Of a stretch of DNA of 64,000 bases, positions 13,775 to 24,737 are shown piece after piece. This stretch comes from Chiloscyllium plagiosum (lineage: Eukaryota): assembly GCF_004010195.1 (NCBI RefSeq), contig NC_057755.1, positions 9,465,306 through 9,529,305 on the forward strand. Reading direction: 5' to 3'. The notes beneath the pieces were generated by a model. That model was not told the DNA's origin, made no database searches, and worked only from the letters and a program-made list of their open reading frames with translations. Both the position numbers and the translations under genes were made by a program. The first letter of the stretch is position 1; every line of letters begins with the position of its first letter.

Positions 13775-15017
13775 TGTATAATTGATGTACCAAGGTGCAG
13801 TGAAAAGCTTTGTTTACGAAAATTACAAGTAGACCATAGTAACAAAGGATGTACTGATCAACAAATTTAGACAAAGGAGAAAGAAGGACTGCAGATGTTA
13901 GTTATCGGAGTCGAAAAGCTCAGCAGGTCAGGTAGCATCCGAGGAGTTGCAGAATTGATATTTCGGGCATGGATGAAGATGATGGAGAGGATTATAAGTC
14001 AGAGGGGGTAGTGGTGGACATGTCCAGAGGGCGGTGCTGAGTTGGAGGTTTGGGACTGGGATAATGTGGGGAGAGGGGAAATGAGGAAGCCATTGAAGTC
14101 CACATTTATCCAGTGTGGTTGCAGGGTCTCAAGGCAGACTATGAGGTGCTCCTCCTCCAGGTGGCGGGTGGTAATGGCTTGTTGGTGGAGGAGGCCAAGG
14201 ACCTTCAAGTCCTTGACGGAGTGGGAAGGGGAGTTGAAGTGTTCACCTTCGGGGCAGTGGGGTTGGTAGGTGCTGGTGTCCCAGAGATGTTCTCTGAAAC
14301 GTTCCACAAGAAGGTGTCCTGTCTCCGTGATGTAAACTTAGACAAAGGTTCACAGGTTGCATTGCACAGGGCGCACATTGGATGAGATCAGCGTTCGCAA
14401 GGTCAACATTATTTGAGGATAGAGCGTCCATTTATCAATTTAATAATCACCGGGAAGAAGTTGTGCCTGAATCCGCTCGTGCGTGTATTCAGGCTTATGG
14501 ATCTCCTGTATGATGGAACAGATTGTAGGAGTTCATTACCGGGGTGCAATGGATCTTTGATGATGCTGGCAACCTTTCCATGGCAGCAAACCATGTAAAC
14601 GGAATCCATGGTTGGAAAGGTAGTTTCTGCTTTGCACACCAACTTCTGTAGTTTGTTACACTCCTGACCAGAGCAGCTGCCAAACCGGGCCTTGATGCAC
14701 CTGGACATCAGGCATTCAATGGTATATTTGTAGAAGTTAGTAGGGATCCTTATGGACATGCCAAGTTCCCTGACCCTCCTGAGAAAGGGTGGGGTCTGTG
14801 CTCTTTTGACCGTCACATTCACATGGGAGTCCAGGACAGATCGTCGTCACTCCCAGAAACTTCACTCTCCCCAATCTCTCAATCTCAGTTCCAGGGATGT
14901 AGATGGGAGCATTTCTTCTCCATTCTTTCTGAAGTCTATGATCAGATCTTTAGTTTTGCCGACATTGAGAGAGAGGCTGTTGTCATTGCACCACATTACC
15001 AAGCCCTCTATCTCCCT
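13775..15017 (-). mobile_element. Rex1/Babar-like LINE 3' part nested in the CR1
   Basis: REIEGLVMWCNDNSLSLNVGKTKDLIIDFRK and KVASIIKDPLHP; 3' end AAAGCTTTTCACTGCACCTTGGTACATC matches the 3' end at ~57565-57590. Confidence 0.8.
13878..14333 (-). mobile_element. Penelope-like (family 1) 3' fragment nested in the Rex1-like LINE
   Basis: ERFREHL..HFNSPSHS..EEEHLI GIY-YIG C-terminus plus terminal repeat. TSD AAATTTAGACAAAGG (13863-13877) / AAACTTAGACAAAGG (14334-14348). Confidence 0.8.
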
Positions 15018-17514
15018 TCGCTTTAAGAAGTACAAGTTGCACCTGAAGTGGAAGGGGTCCAATATATTGCAGGGAGATTTGCTCGAGCTGCTCGGGAGGA
15101 TTTAAACTAGTAAGGGCATTGGATGAGACCCAGGGAGTTAGTAAAGAAAGAGATCAATTTGAGACTGGTGCAATTGGAAAAAGGAGCAAGTCAAACAGTC
15201 AGTGCAGGCAGGAACAAAGCAGAGAATGAGATTGGACTGACAAATTAAACTTAATTTACTTCAATGCAAGAGGCTTAACAGGTAAAACAGATTAACCCAG
15301 GGCATGGTTAGGAACATGGGACTGGGATATCATTGCAATTACAGAGGTGGCTCAGGGTTGGAAGGACTGGCAGTTTCATGTTTCAGGATACAAATGCTCA
15401 GGAAGTATAGAAAGGGAGGCAAAAAAGGAGGGGTGTGTGTGTCATTTTAAATTGGGAATAACATTACCACTGTACGAAGAGAAGGTATTCCTAGGAGTGT
15501 GCCCAAGAACGTTATTTGAGCTGAAACTGAGAAATAAGGAAGAGATAATCACCATATTAGGATTATATTATAGACCCCTCAGAGTCAGCAGGAAATTGAG
15601 AATCAAATGTGTCAGGAAGTCTTAGTTATCAGTCAGACTAACAGAATGGTAATGGTAGGGGATTTTAAATTTCCAAACATAGACTGTGACTATTATTGTG
15701 TCAAAAGCGTGGATGGAGGGCAATTTGCTTAGTGTGAACAAGAAAAGTTTCTGATTCAGTGTGTCAATATACCTACATTGTGCAACAGTTTACTTACGTT
15801 TTGGAAATAAGGCAGGGCATTTGAACGAGGTGTCATTTGGGGAGCATTTCTGTGTCAGTGATCACAATTCGATAAGATTCAAAATAATAATGGAAAAGCA
15901 TAGACTGGATGTAAAAGTTAAAGTTCTAAATTAGAGGAAGGCCGATTGTAATGGGGAAAGGTAAGAACGTTCAAGAAATGATTGGGGCGGATATTTGTAT
16001 GTAAGGGGATGACTGGAAAATGAGAAAACTTCAAAAATGAGATAACGAGAGTCCAGAGACAGTATGTTCCTGTTAGTGTGAAAGACAAGGCTGGTAAGTG
16101 TAAGGAATGCTGGATGACTAGAGAAATTGAGAAATCAGGAGGGCAAAAAGGAGACATGAGATAGCATTGGCAAATAGGGTTAAGGAAAATCCAAAAGAGT
16201 CTGCTAATAAATTAAGGACCAAAAGGTAGCTCGGAATGAATACAGCCCTTAAAGTTCGGCAAGACCGACATGGTGTGGAACTGCAGGATATTGGGTGATA
16301 TTAAATGAATATTTTGCATCAGTGTTTACGGTGGAGAAGGATATAGAAGCTACAGAACATGGGGAAATACTTAGCATCTTGTTGGATAATGTCCATATTA
16401 CAGAGGAGTAAGTGCTGGACATGGTGCTTACTGGGTCAAAGATAGAAGACAGAGGGTGGTGATGGAGGATTGCTTTTCAGACTGAAAGCCTGTGACCAGT
16501 GGAGTGCCACAAGGATCGCTGCTGGGTCCTCTACTTTTTGTCATTTTCATAATGAATTGGATGCAAGCATATGAAGTACAGTTAGTAAGTTTGCAGATGA
16601 CACCAAAGTTGGAGGTGTAGTGGACAGCGATGAAGATTACCTCAGATTACTACAGGATCTTGATCAGTTGGGCCAATGGGCCGAGAATTGGCAGATGGAG
16701 TATAATTCAGATAAATGCGATGTGCTGCATTTTGGGAAAGCAAATCTTAGCAGGACTTATACACTTAATGGTAATGTCCTAATGAGTGTTGCTGAACAAA
16801 GAGACCTTGGAGTTTAAGTTCATAGCTCCTTGAAAGTGGAGTCGCAAGTAGATAGGCTAGTGAAGAAGGCATTTCATATGCTTTCTTTTATTGGTCAGAG
16901 TAATGAATACAGGAGTTGGGAGGTCATGTTGTGGCTGTACAGGACATTGGTTTGAACACTGTTGGAATATTGCATGCAATTCTGGTGTACTTCCTATCAG
17001 AAGGATGTTGTGAAACATGAAAGGGTTCAGAAAAGATTTACAAGGATGTTGCCAGTGTTGGAGGATCTGAGCTACAGGGAGAGGCTGAACAGGCTGGGGC
17101 TCTTTTCCCTGCAGCGTCGGAGGTTGAGGGGTGCCCTTATCGAGGTTAACAAAATTATGAGGGACATAGATAGGATAAATAGACAAAGTCCTTTCCCTGG
17201 GGTCAGGGAGTCCTGAACTAAAGGGCATAGGTAAAAAGTGCGAAGGGAGAGATATAAAAGGGACCTAAGGGGCAACATTTTTATGCAGAGGGTAGCACGT
17301 GCGTGGAATGAGCTGCCAGAGGATGTGGTGGAGGCTGGTACAATTGCAATGTTTAAAAAACATTTGGATGTGTCTATGAATAAGAAGCGTTTGGAGGGAT
17401 ATGGGCTGAGTGCTAGCAAGTGGAACTATATTGGGTTTGGGCTATCTGGTTGGCATTGACGGGTTGTACTGAAGGGTCTGTTTCCATGCTGTACATCTCT
17501 ATGATTCTGTGACA

Positions 17515-19270
17515 GTCTGACATAAAGGTGAATAAATCCTCAGGGCATGATGGGGTGTACCTAGAATTATTTGGGATGCTAAGGACATGATCGCTGGGCC
17601 CCTTGCTGAGATATTTATGTCATCGGTATCCACAGATGATTTGCCAGAAGATAGGAGGTTGATTAATGTGCTGCCACTACTTAAGAAAGGTGGTAAGGAA
17701 AAGTCTAGGAACTATATACTAGTGAGTCTTACATCATTGTTGGGCATGTTGCTGGAGGGGATCCTGAATGACATGATTTACATGTATTTGGAAAGGCAAG
17801 GCCTGGTTATCGATAGTCAACATGGCTTTGTGCGTAGGAAATCATGTCTCACAAACTTAATTGAGTTTTTTGAAAAAGTAATGAAGAGGATTGATGAGGG
17901 CAGAGTGGTGAACGCATCTATATTGACTTCAGTAAGGTGTTTGACAAAGTTTCTCATGGGAGATTGGTTATGAAGGTGAGATTATTTGGAATACAGGCAG
18001 AACTAGCAATTTGGATACAGAACTGGCTCTAAGTAGGAGATAGAAAGTGGTGGTAGAGGGCTGCTTTTCAGAATGTAGCCCTGAGACCAGAGGTGTAATA
18101 TAAGAATTGGTTCTGGGTTCCTTGTTTTCTTTGTCATTTATATAAATGATTTGGATGCGAATGGAGGAGGGGTGTTTAATAACTTTGCAGATGATGCTAA
18201 ACTTGGTGGTGCAGTGGGCAGTCAAGAAGGTGAAAGTTCAACAGTCGTCCTTAAGTGCACATCCTGTGAGGGTTCAATCGACACCATTTTGGCCCACTCT
18301 CTGGGAAATCCCTATCTTCCTGCTGTTGATTCCACAGACGCCGGGGAATGGGGAAAGTACTCCCTCATCGACGCTTCGTGCTTGATCTGACCATGTCAGC
18401 CTCAGGCATATAGCCACTTCCATGTACTGGATATCCACTCCTGAGGATCACGACTGCTGCCACACTTCCCATGATATCATCGTCATTGCTGCCTCTCTGC
18501 AGATCTTCAGAGGACAAGGAAAATGAAATTACCAGAACCAAAAAAAATGTAAAAATGTGGCCAGCATGGAGTGGACGGCCTAACATGTTGCTCCCACCAT
18601 CTTCAATAATTCACTCATTGTCTCCTCCGCACTGTCAGGGAATGCTTACCTCCATTAGTCAGTGCATTGAATATAAGGAGTTAGGACTTCATGCTGACAC
18701 TGTACAGGACATTGCTTGGACTACATTTCGAATACTGCATGCAGTTTTGGTCTCCCTCCTATAAGAATGATGTTGTTGAACTTAAACGATTGCAGGAAAG
18801 ATTTACAAGGATTTTGTCAGGATTGGAGGGTTGAGATACAGGGAATGACTGAATGGGCTGGGGCTATTTTACCTACAGCATGGAGGCTGAGGGGTGACCT
18901 CACTGAATTTAAAAAAAATCTTGAGGGGCGTGTATAGAGAAACTAGCTAAGGTCAATTTCTTCGGGTTCAGGAGTCAGGAGAGGGCATAGGTTCATGGTG
19001 AAAGAGGAGAGATTTAAAAGGAATCTAAGAGGTAACCTATTCATGCAAAGGGTGGTGTTGTATGAAAGGAGCTGCCAGAGGAAGTGGTGGAAGCTGGTAC
19101 AATTACAACAGTTAACAGGCATCTGGCTGGGTATATGTAAAGGAAGGGCTACGAGGGATTTGGGCCAAATTCTGGCAAATAGATGAGATTAATTTGGGAT
19201 ATATTTTGGGCATGGATGGGGTTGAACCAAAGGGTCTGTTTCCATGCTTTACATCTCTATAACGTTTTGA
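17515..19270 (+). mobile_element. CR1 LINE, 5'-truncated RT region with 3' tail; ~18230-18635 replaced by unrelated sequence
   Basis: SQHGFVRRKSCLTNLIEFFE, FADDAK, and a tail CCAAAGGGTCTGTTTCCATGCTTTACATCTCTATAAC. Confidence 0.8.
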
Positions 19271-19655
19271 CCCTGTGATAGCTAGGAAGTACATGGGGTA
19301 GACCGAAAAATGCACTGACACAGAGCTGATCAAACACTATTCAACATTGAAACAAATGACCTGCCAATAACCATGCCATGTGGTTTTGGTATGCCAATGA
19401 TTTGGAGTCAATGAGTCACTGAGATGTTCACTGTAGGATTCCTAGCCTCTGGCCTGCTCTGTGCCATTATATTTATATGGCTAGTCCAGTTCAGTTTTTA
19501 GTTAATGGTAATCCCAAGATGTTGACAGTTGAGGATTCAGCGATGGGAACTGTACAGAAAATGAAAGGATGATGGTTTAATTCTCTCTTGTTAGAAATTA
19601 CCATCGTCTGGCATTTATTGACATGAATGTTTCCTGCAGCTTTTCATTCCTTTGT

Positions 19656-19975
19656 GGGCGGCACAGTGACACAGTGGTTAACACTGCTGCCTCACAGCGC
19701 CCGAGACCCGGGTTCAATTCCCGCCTCAGGCGACTGAATGTGTGAAGTTTGCACGTTCTCCCCGTGTCTGCATGGGTTTCCTCCGGGTGCTCCGGTTTCC
19801 TCCCACAGTCACAAAGATGTGCAGGTCAGGTGAATTGGCCATGCTAAACTTCCCGTAGTGTTTGGTAAGGGGTAAATGTAGGGGTATGGGTGGGTTGCGC
19901 TTCGACGGGGCGGTGTGGACTTGTTGGGCCGAAGGGCCTGTTTCCACACTGTAAGTAATCTCATCTAATCTAATC
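19656..19975 (+). mobile_element. HE1-type SINE, full length
   Basis: Same head, A/B boxes, core and (TAATC)n tail as the 11425-11731 copy. Confidence 0.9.
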
Positions 19976-21149
19976 CTATTCCTGGACATGATTCAGCTTT
20001 AATTACACTTGGACATGGACTGCTTCAGTATCTGAGTAATCCCATACGCTGTTGAACATTGAACATACATTGTCTAATAAATCTCATGATGGATGGAAGT
20101 ACTTTATAAAAACTACTGAAGATGTTTGGGCCAAGGACAGTGTCCTTGAGGATGTACTGCATTTAAGATGACTGACTATCAACAATCACAGTCTTTTTTC
20201 CTTTATGCCAGTTACGACTCCACCCAGTGGAGAGTTTTCCAGATTTGCTCAGGCCACTGAAGTCACCCATCAGCATTTCTGTCTGAAAAGTTTTGTGAAC
20301 GCGTTCAGTCTTATCATTGTATGAATGTGTTCACCTCCTCCCATTGTTGGTTATTGGAGGTATATGGTCACGAAGACTCAAATATCACTACCTCATGGGA
20401 GAGGGGCAACTGGTGGTGAGTTTAAAAGAATTAAAGATGGCGCCAACATATGGCTCATCCTTGTGAACTCCCGACAGCAGATCGATCTCTCACATTGCTT
20501 ATAACCATTCGACATTTTCAAATTAAATTGTATATCTGTAAAAACTACTGTGTACAAGTTTTTTTTTGCCTCACGATGTAAGTCTTTGCTTACTGTGATC
20601 TCCTGTACTGCTCCCAAATAGTGTTTTTCATTGTACTTAAGCACACATAACAATAAATCAAATCTAACAGATCTGGTGAGGTGAGAAGGAATGTCCTTCA
20701 TGGTAAGTTCAGCACATGTGGGAACTGCATTTCCTCTACATTGTAAACCAGCAATCCAGCTCTCTGAGAGAGCTAGTTACTGAGTGGGCATTCTCTGGAA
20801 AAGGATATCTTTGGAACACTCTGACATTTAGAGATGGGAATGTTTGAGTAGAATACAACATTGCGTCTGGAATAAAGCTTCTCATTTCATTAATTAATGT
20901 GATCGGAATTGTACAATATTTAAAACTGAATTTTAGAAGTAAATATACATTTACACAAGGACTTAATGGATGTTGTCATAATCTGTTTGTACACATTTCA
21001 AAGCAACACTAATTTGAGCAGTGTTGCAATCTCAAAATCCCGAGGCGATCTGCATGGCATAAAGTATTGGGTTTGCAAACGTGAGACATCAGTGTCTGAT
21101 CCATAGAGATTGACTGCAGCACGAAAGCACAGATCACTTCATAGAGGAT

Positions 21150-21216
21150 ATGCTTGAAACATTTGGAATTATCAATAAATTATTCCATGTGATTCTTGCT
21201 ATCATTAGCCTTCCTG
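21150..21216 (+). CDS. Coding exon 1 of a GPR139/GPR142-like class A GPCR (MLETFGIINKLFHVILAIISLP plus 1 nt)
   Basis: ATG at 21150 opens 22 codons, mostly the hydrophobic first half of TM1, ending in CCT G|GTAAGT, a canonical phase-1 donor at 21217. It joins exon 2 in frame to give ...IISLP-V-NLLAIMILSRG with the conserved TM1 Asn. Confidence 0.85.
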
Positions 21217-22101
21217 GTAAGTGATTTAAATTATTAAGGCTTTGTAAAAAATGATTAAGAAATGCTCTGTCACTTTAAGAAGGATGATGTTACATTCTGA
21301 TCTAGTGGTCACAATTGGACAGACACTCAAACATTGATGTCATTTATTAAGTCAGACATTTTGAATGTATTGATGGTTTAATCCTGACTCATTAGAGCCC
21401 TTATGGTGCAGTGGTAAGGCCCCCACTCTGAATCACAAGTTTCACTTGCAACGGGTATATGTCTGAGCAATTTGACTGATGTAATATTATTCAGTGGATC
21501 GTCACATAACATCAGTGGTCACGTGATACAGACCTCTTTAGGAGCCAGTGTCTGTTTCTGAAGTCTGACAGGAGTAGTCTGCTGTTCTGGATTGAATCAT
21601 GTACTCTGAGATAGGAATCGGTGTCAGATCCAAGAGACATGGAGAGACGTGTTTCTTACTGAGAACTGCTTCTGGGAGCTAGAATCCAGGGTAAGAGTAT
21701 TAATTCTGAGGGGAATATGCCACATGGCAAACCCAAACTGAGGAGGATTCTGGTGCTAGTCACTGGACATGAACAAGAAACGGTCTGCTTCTATTTCTCA
21801 GTTGAGTCTGATTTACGGTTCCAGTCCAATCTTACACAGTCCCTAAATCTCTCCAGGCTCTAACCTGTCATGGGACAAGAACCCCCGTGGACAGCTTGAA
21901 AATTGGGAGAGACCTCATTTGTGGAGGATTTGAGTGAATGTAGAATCTCAATTTTGGCTAGTTAAATACTATTCTGGAATGTGACAATCATAAAATGCAT
22001 TTAGTGGTATCTGTGAACCCATAAAATACGTGAAATTGAAACTTTATTTTATGCTAAAAAAACCTCATGTTTAAGTCATGTGCAGAGATTTATTCAATCT
22101 G

Positions 22102-23156
22102 TTTGTAAGTTTGCTCACTGGGCTGGAAGGTTTGTTTTCAAATGCTCCATCACCATACTGGGTAACATCATCAGTGAACCTCTGATGAAGTGCTGATGTT
22201 ATGTCCCGCTTTCTATTTATGTTTCTTGGTTTCTTAGGGTGAGTGGTAAAATTGCTGGTTCTTTTTCTTAGAGGATAGTAGATGGTGTCCAAATCGATGT
22301 GTTAATTGATGGCGTTCCAGTTAGAATGCCGTGCCTTCAGGAATTCTCGTGTGTCTCTTTTAAGCTTGTCCTCAGATTGATGTATTGTCCCAGTTAAAGT
22401 GGTGGCCTGCTTTACCTGTATGAAAACATACCAATGATAGTGGGTCATATCTTTTTTCTGGTTAGTTTCTGTTCCTTTCCTGGTGGCTAGTTTTCTGTCC
22501 ATTTGTCTGATGAAGGCTTTGTTACATTCCCTGCACAGTATATTGTAAGTGATATTCGTTTTGCAGGTTTTCCGGTTGTAAGTTTGCTCACTGAGCTGGA
22601 ACTGGAAGGATTCTGTTCAGACATTTTGACACCATTCTAGGTGACATCATCAGTGAGCCTCAGGTGAAACGCTGGTGGTAGAACCGCAAAGCCAATGACA
22701 TTTACAAAATATCATGCAGGGACTGTCACAAACACTACATCGAACAAACAGGCAGAAAGCTAGCCACCAGGATACATGAACCCCAAGTAGCCTCAAAAAA
22801 GACATGGCCTTTCGTACAGACGAGGAAGTATATCACTTTGACTGGGACAACACATCAATCCAAAGACAGGCTAAACAGAGACATGCATGGGAATTCCTAG
22901 AGGCATGACATTCTAACTGGAACTCTATCAATTAACACATTGATTTGGTCCTCATCTACCATCCTTTGGGATAAAAGAAGCAGAAATCACATCACTTACT
23001 AAAAAAAACAAGAAACATAACTAGAAAGCACTTCACCGGACCCTCACTGATGATGTTATCTCGTATGCTGATGAACTGAAAACATACCTTCCAGCTCAGC
23101 AATCAAACCTTCAACTACAACCTCAACCTGAACTACAAATCTTCTCAAAATTGCTT
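22102..23156. mobile_element. Composite Penelope-like (family 3, Poseidon-like) insertion in the GPCR intron
   Basis: Minus-strand GIY-YIG fragment plus terminal repeat (22102-22575), a second inverted terminal-repeat piece, then plus-strand IYKISCRDCHKHYIEQTGRKLATRIHE and terminal repeat. Perfect 14-bp TSD ATTTATTCAATCTG at 22088-22101 and 23157-23170. Confidence 0.8.
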
Positions 23157-23207
23157 ATTTATTCAATCTGCAATTTAACACTGTCTGTTCTCTTATTTCT
23201 CATGCAG

Positions 23208-24124
23208 TTAATTTACTTGCAATTATGATCTTATCCAGAGGAAAATGTGGCCTCTCAACGTGCACCAGTCATTACCTGGTGGCCATGGCGATAGCAGATC
23301 TATTTGTTATAATCACTGAGGTTATTCTGTGGCAGATTAAATATGACTATTTCCCCATATCTTTCCTGGAACTTACCCCTGTGTGTAGTGTTCACAATGT
23401 TCTGATACGAGCAGCAATGGACTGTTCTGTCTGGTTCACAGTCACCTTCTCCTTTGATCGATTCATTGCCATTTGTTTCCAGAAACTGAAAATGAAATAC
23501 TGCACCAAGAAAAATGCAGCTGTCATCCTCTCAATAACCTGCATTCAGATCTGTTTTAACAATGTCCCCTTCTACTTTATATATGAACCAATACAGGTCA
23601 TTGCTAATCTTTCATGGTTTTGCTATCCAAAGGAAACTTATTTTATTGAGCCTGGATGGGTTGGATTTAATTGGTTTGATAGGGTTTTAACACCCTTGCT
23701 TCCGTATGCTTTAATTCTATTACTTAACGTTCTGACAGTGAGACACATTTTAGTGACCAGTCGAGCCCGCCAGGGACTGAAGGGACAGAGAAAAGGAGAA
23801 ATTCCCAGTGACCCAGAGATGAAGAGCAGAAGAAAGTCTGTGATTTTACTTTTGACCATATCTGGCATCTTCATCATTCTGTGGTCAGTGCATGTTACAG
23901 AATTCTTATATTATAATATTCGAGGAACGTACCTGAGAAATTATAATAACTCAGAAATTATATTAGCAATGGCAGGCCTTTCACTGGTGAATTTAAATTG
24001 CTGCACCAACACATTTGTTTATGTGGCAACTCAATCAAAGTTCAGAGAGCAAGTCAGGGGGATGATGAAATATCCTGTCACATTGATTATCCAATTAATA
24101 AATAAACAAAAGAACTGCGTGTAG
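23208..24124 (+). CDS. Coding exon 2 of an intact GPR139-like orphan class A GPCR; spliced product 327 aa
   Basis: Polypyrimidine tract plus CAG acceptor ends at 23207, in frame with the 299-aa ORF 23225-24124. Seven hydrophobic segments. TM2 MAIADL, Cys at the top of TM3 (PVCS), SFDRF (DRY variant), ECL2 Cys (WFCY), TM5 LLPY, TM6 FIILW, TM7 NTFVY (NPxxY variant). No stops or frameshifts. Orthology to GPR139 itself is not established. Confidence 0.9.
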
Positions 24125-24737
24125 CATAGAGGCAAGTACCAGCATTTACTGTCAAGAATGAAAACAAAAACAAATTAACCATAGCTGTTGGTGAATGCTG
24201 GAACCCAAGCTATGATCCTCGTTGAATCATTACCTTCCAGTGCAAAAAAATACATGTTTTGCTTTCAGTTTGTTAATGAATTCTCTGTCCATGCCAGTAT
24301 AATACACAAATTACACTGGCTTTGATTTTGCAAAACTAATTTTATTTATGGGACATTACCAGAAAGTTTCTGAAAATCCAAATACACTGCATCCACTTCA
24401 TGTTCCTTATCTATTCTGAGTTTATTTTCAAGGAATTCCACTATGTACGTAAAACATGATTTCCCTTTCATCAGTCTATGCGGACTTTGTGAAATCCCGT
24501 ATCCACATTCTTCAATATGAACACTTGCATTTTCCGAATGACTGGGATCAAGCCAATCTGTCTAATCTTCTGTAACCGACAGGAAAAGCACATCACTCGA
24601 ATAAAGATCATCTTTGCAACTTAATCGACGACCCAGAAAATAGCACAATCTTACTGCTCTAAAGAAATATTGCTCCAAGCTCGCCGACATGTGTAAAGTT
24701 TAATGAACGGACAGATTGCAACAAAAACGATTGCAAC

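Larger units (their letters stand above)
13455..17510 (+). mobile_element. CR1 LINE (ORF1 esterase, APE, RT C-terminus, 3' tail), interrupted at ~13775-15017 and internally deleted near 16420
   Basis: SGNH-esterase-like ORF1 (VIVYIRTNNIG..RVAIPGLLPVP..KMNEWL) resumes at ~15020 (KLHLKWKG). Then YFNARGL, GLYYRP, SDHNS, GVPQGSLLGP, FADDTK, EYCMQFW and a CR1 tail (GAAGGGTCTGTTTCC..CTCTATGATTCT). Confidence 0.85.

Noticed and set aside
19656..19730. tRNA gene
   Set aside because: It is the tRNA-derived head of an HE1 SINE and continues into the SINE core and tail; the same applies to the other copies.
21055..21066. CATAAA as the TATA box of the GPCR gene
   Set aside because: A weak motif in AT-rich DNA; the transcription start is unknown.
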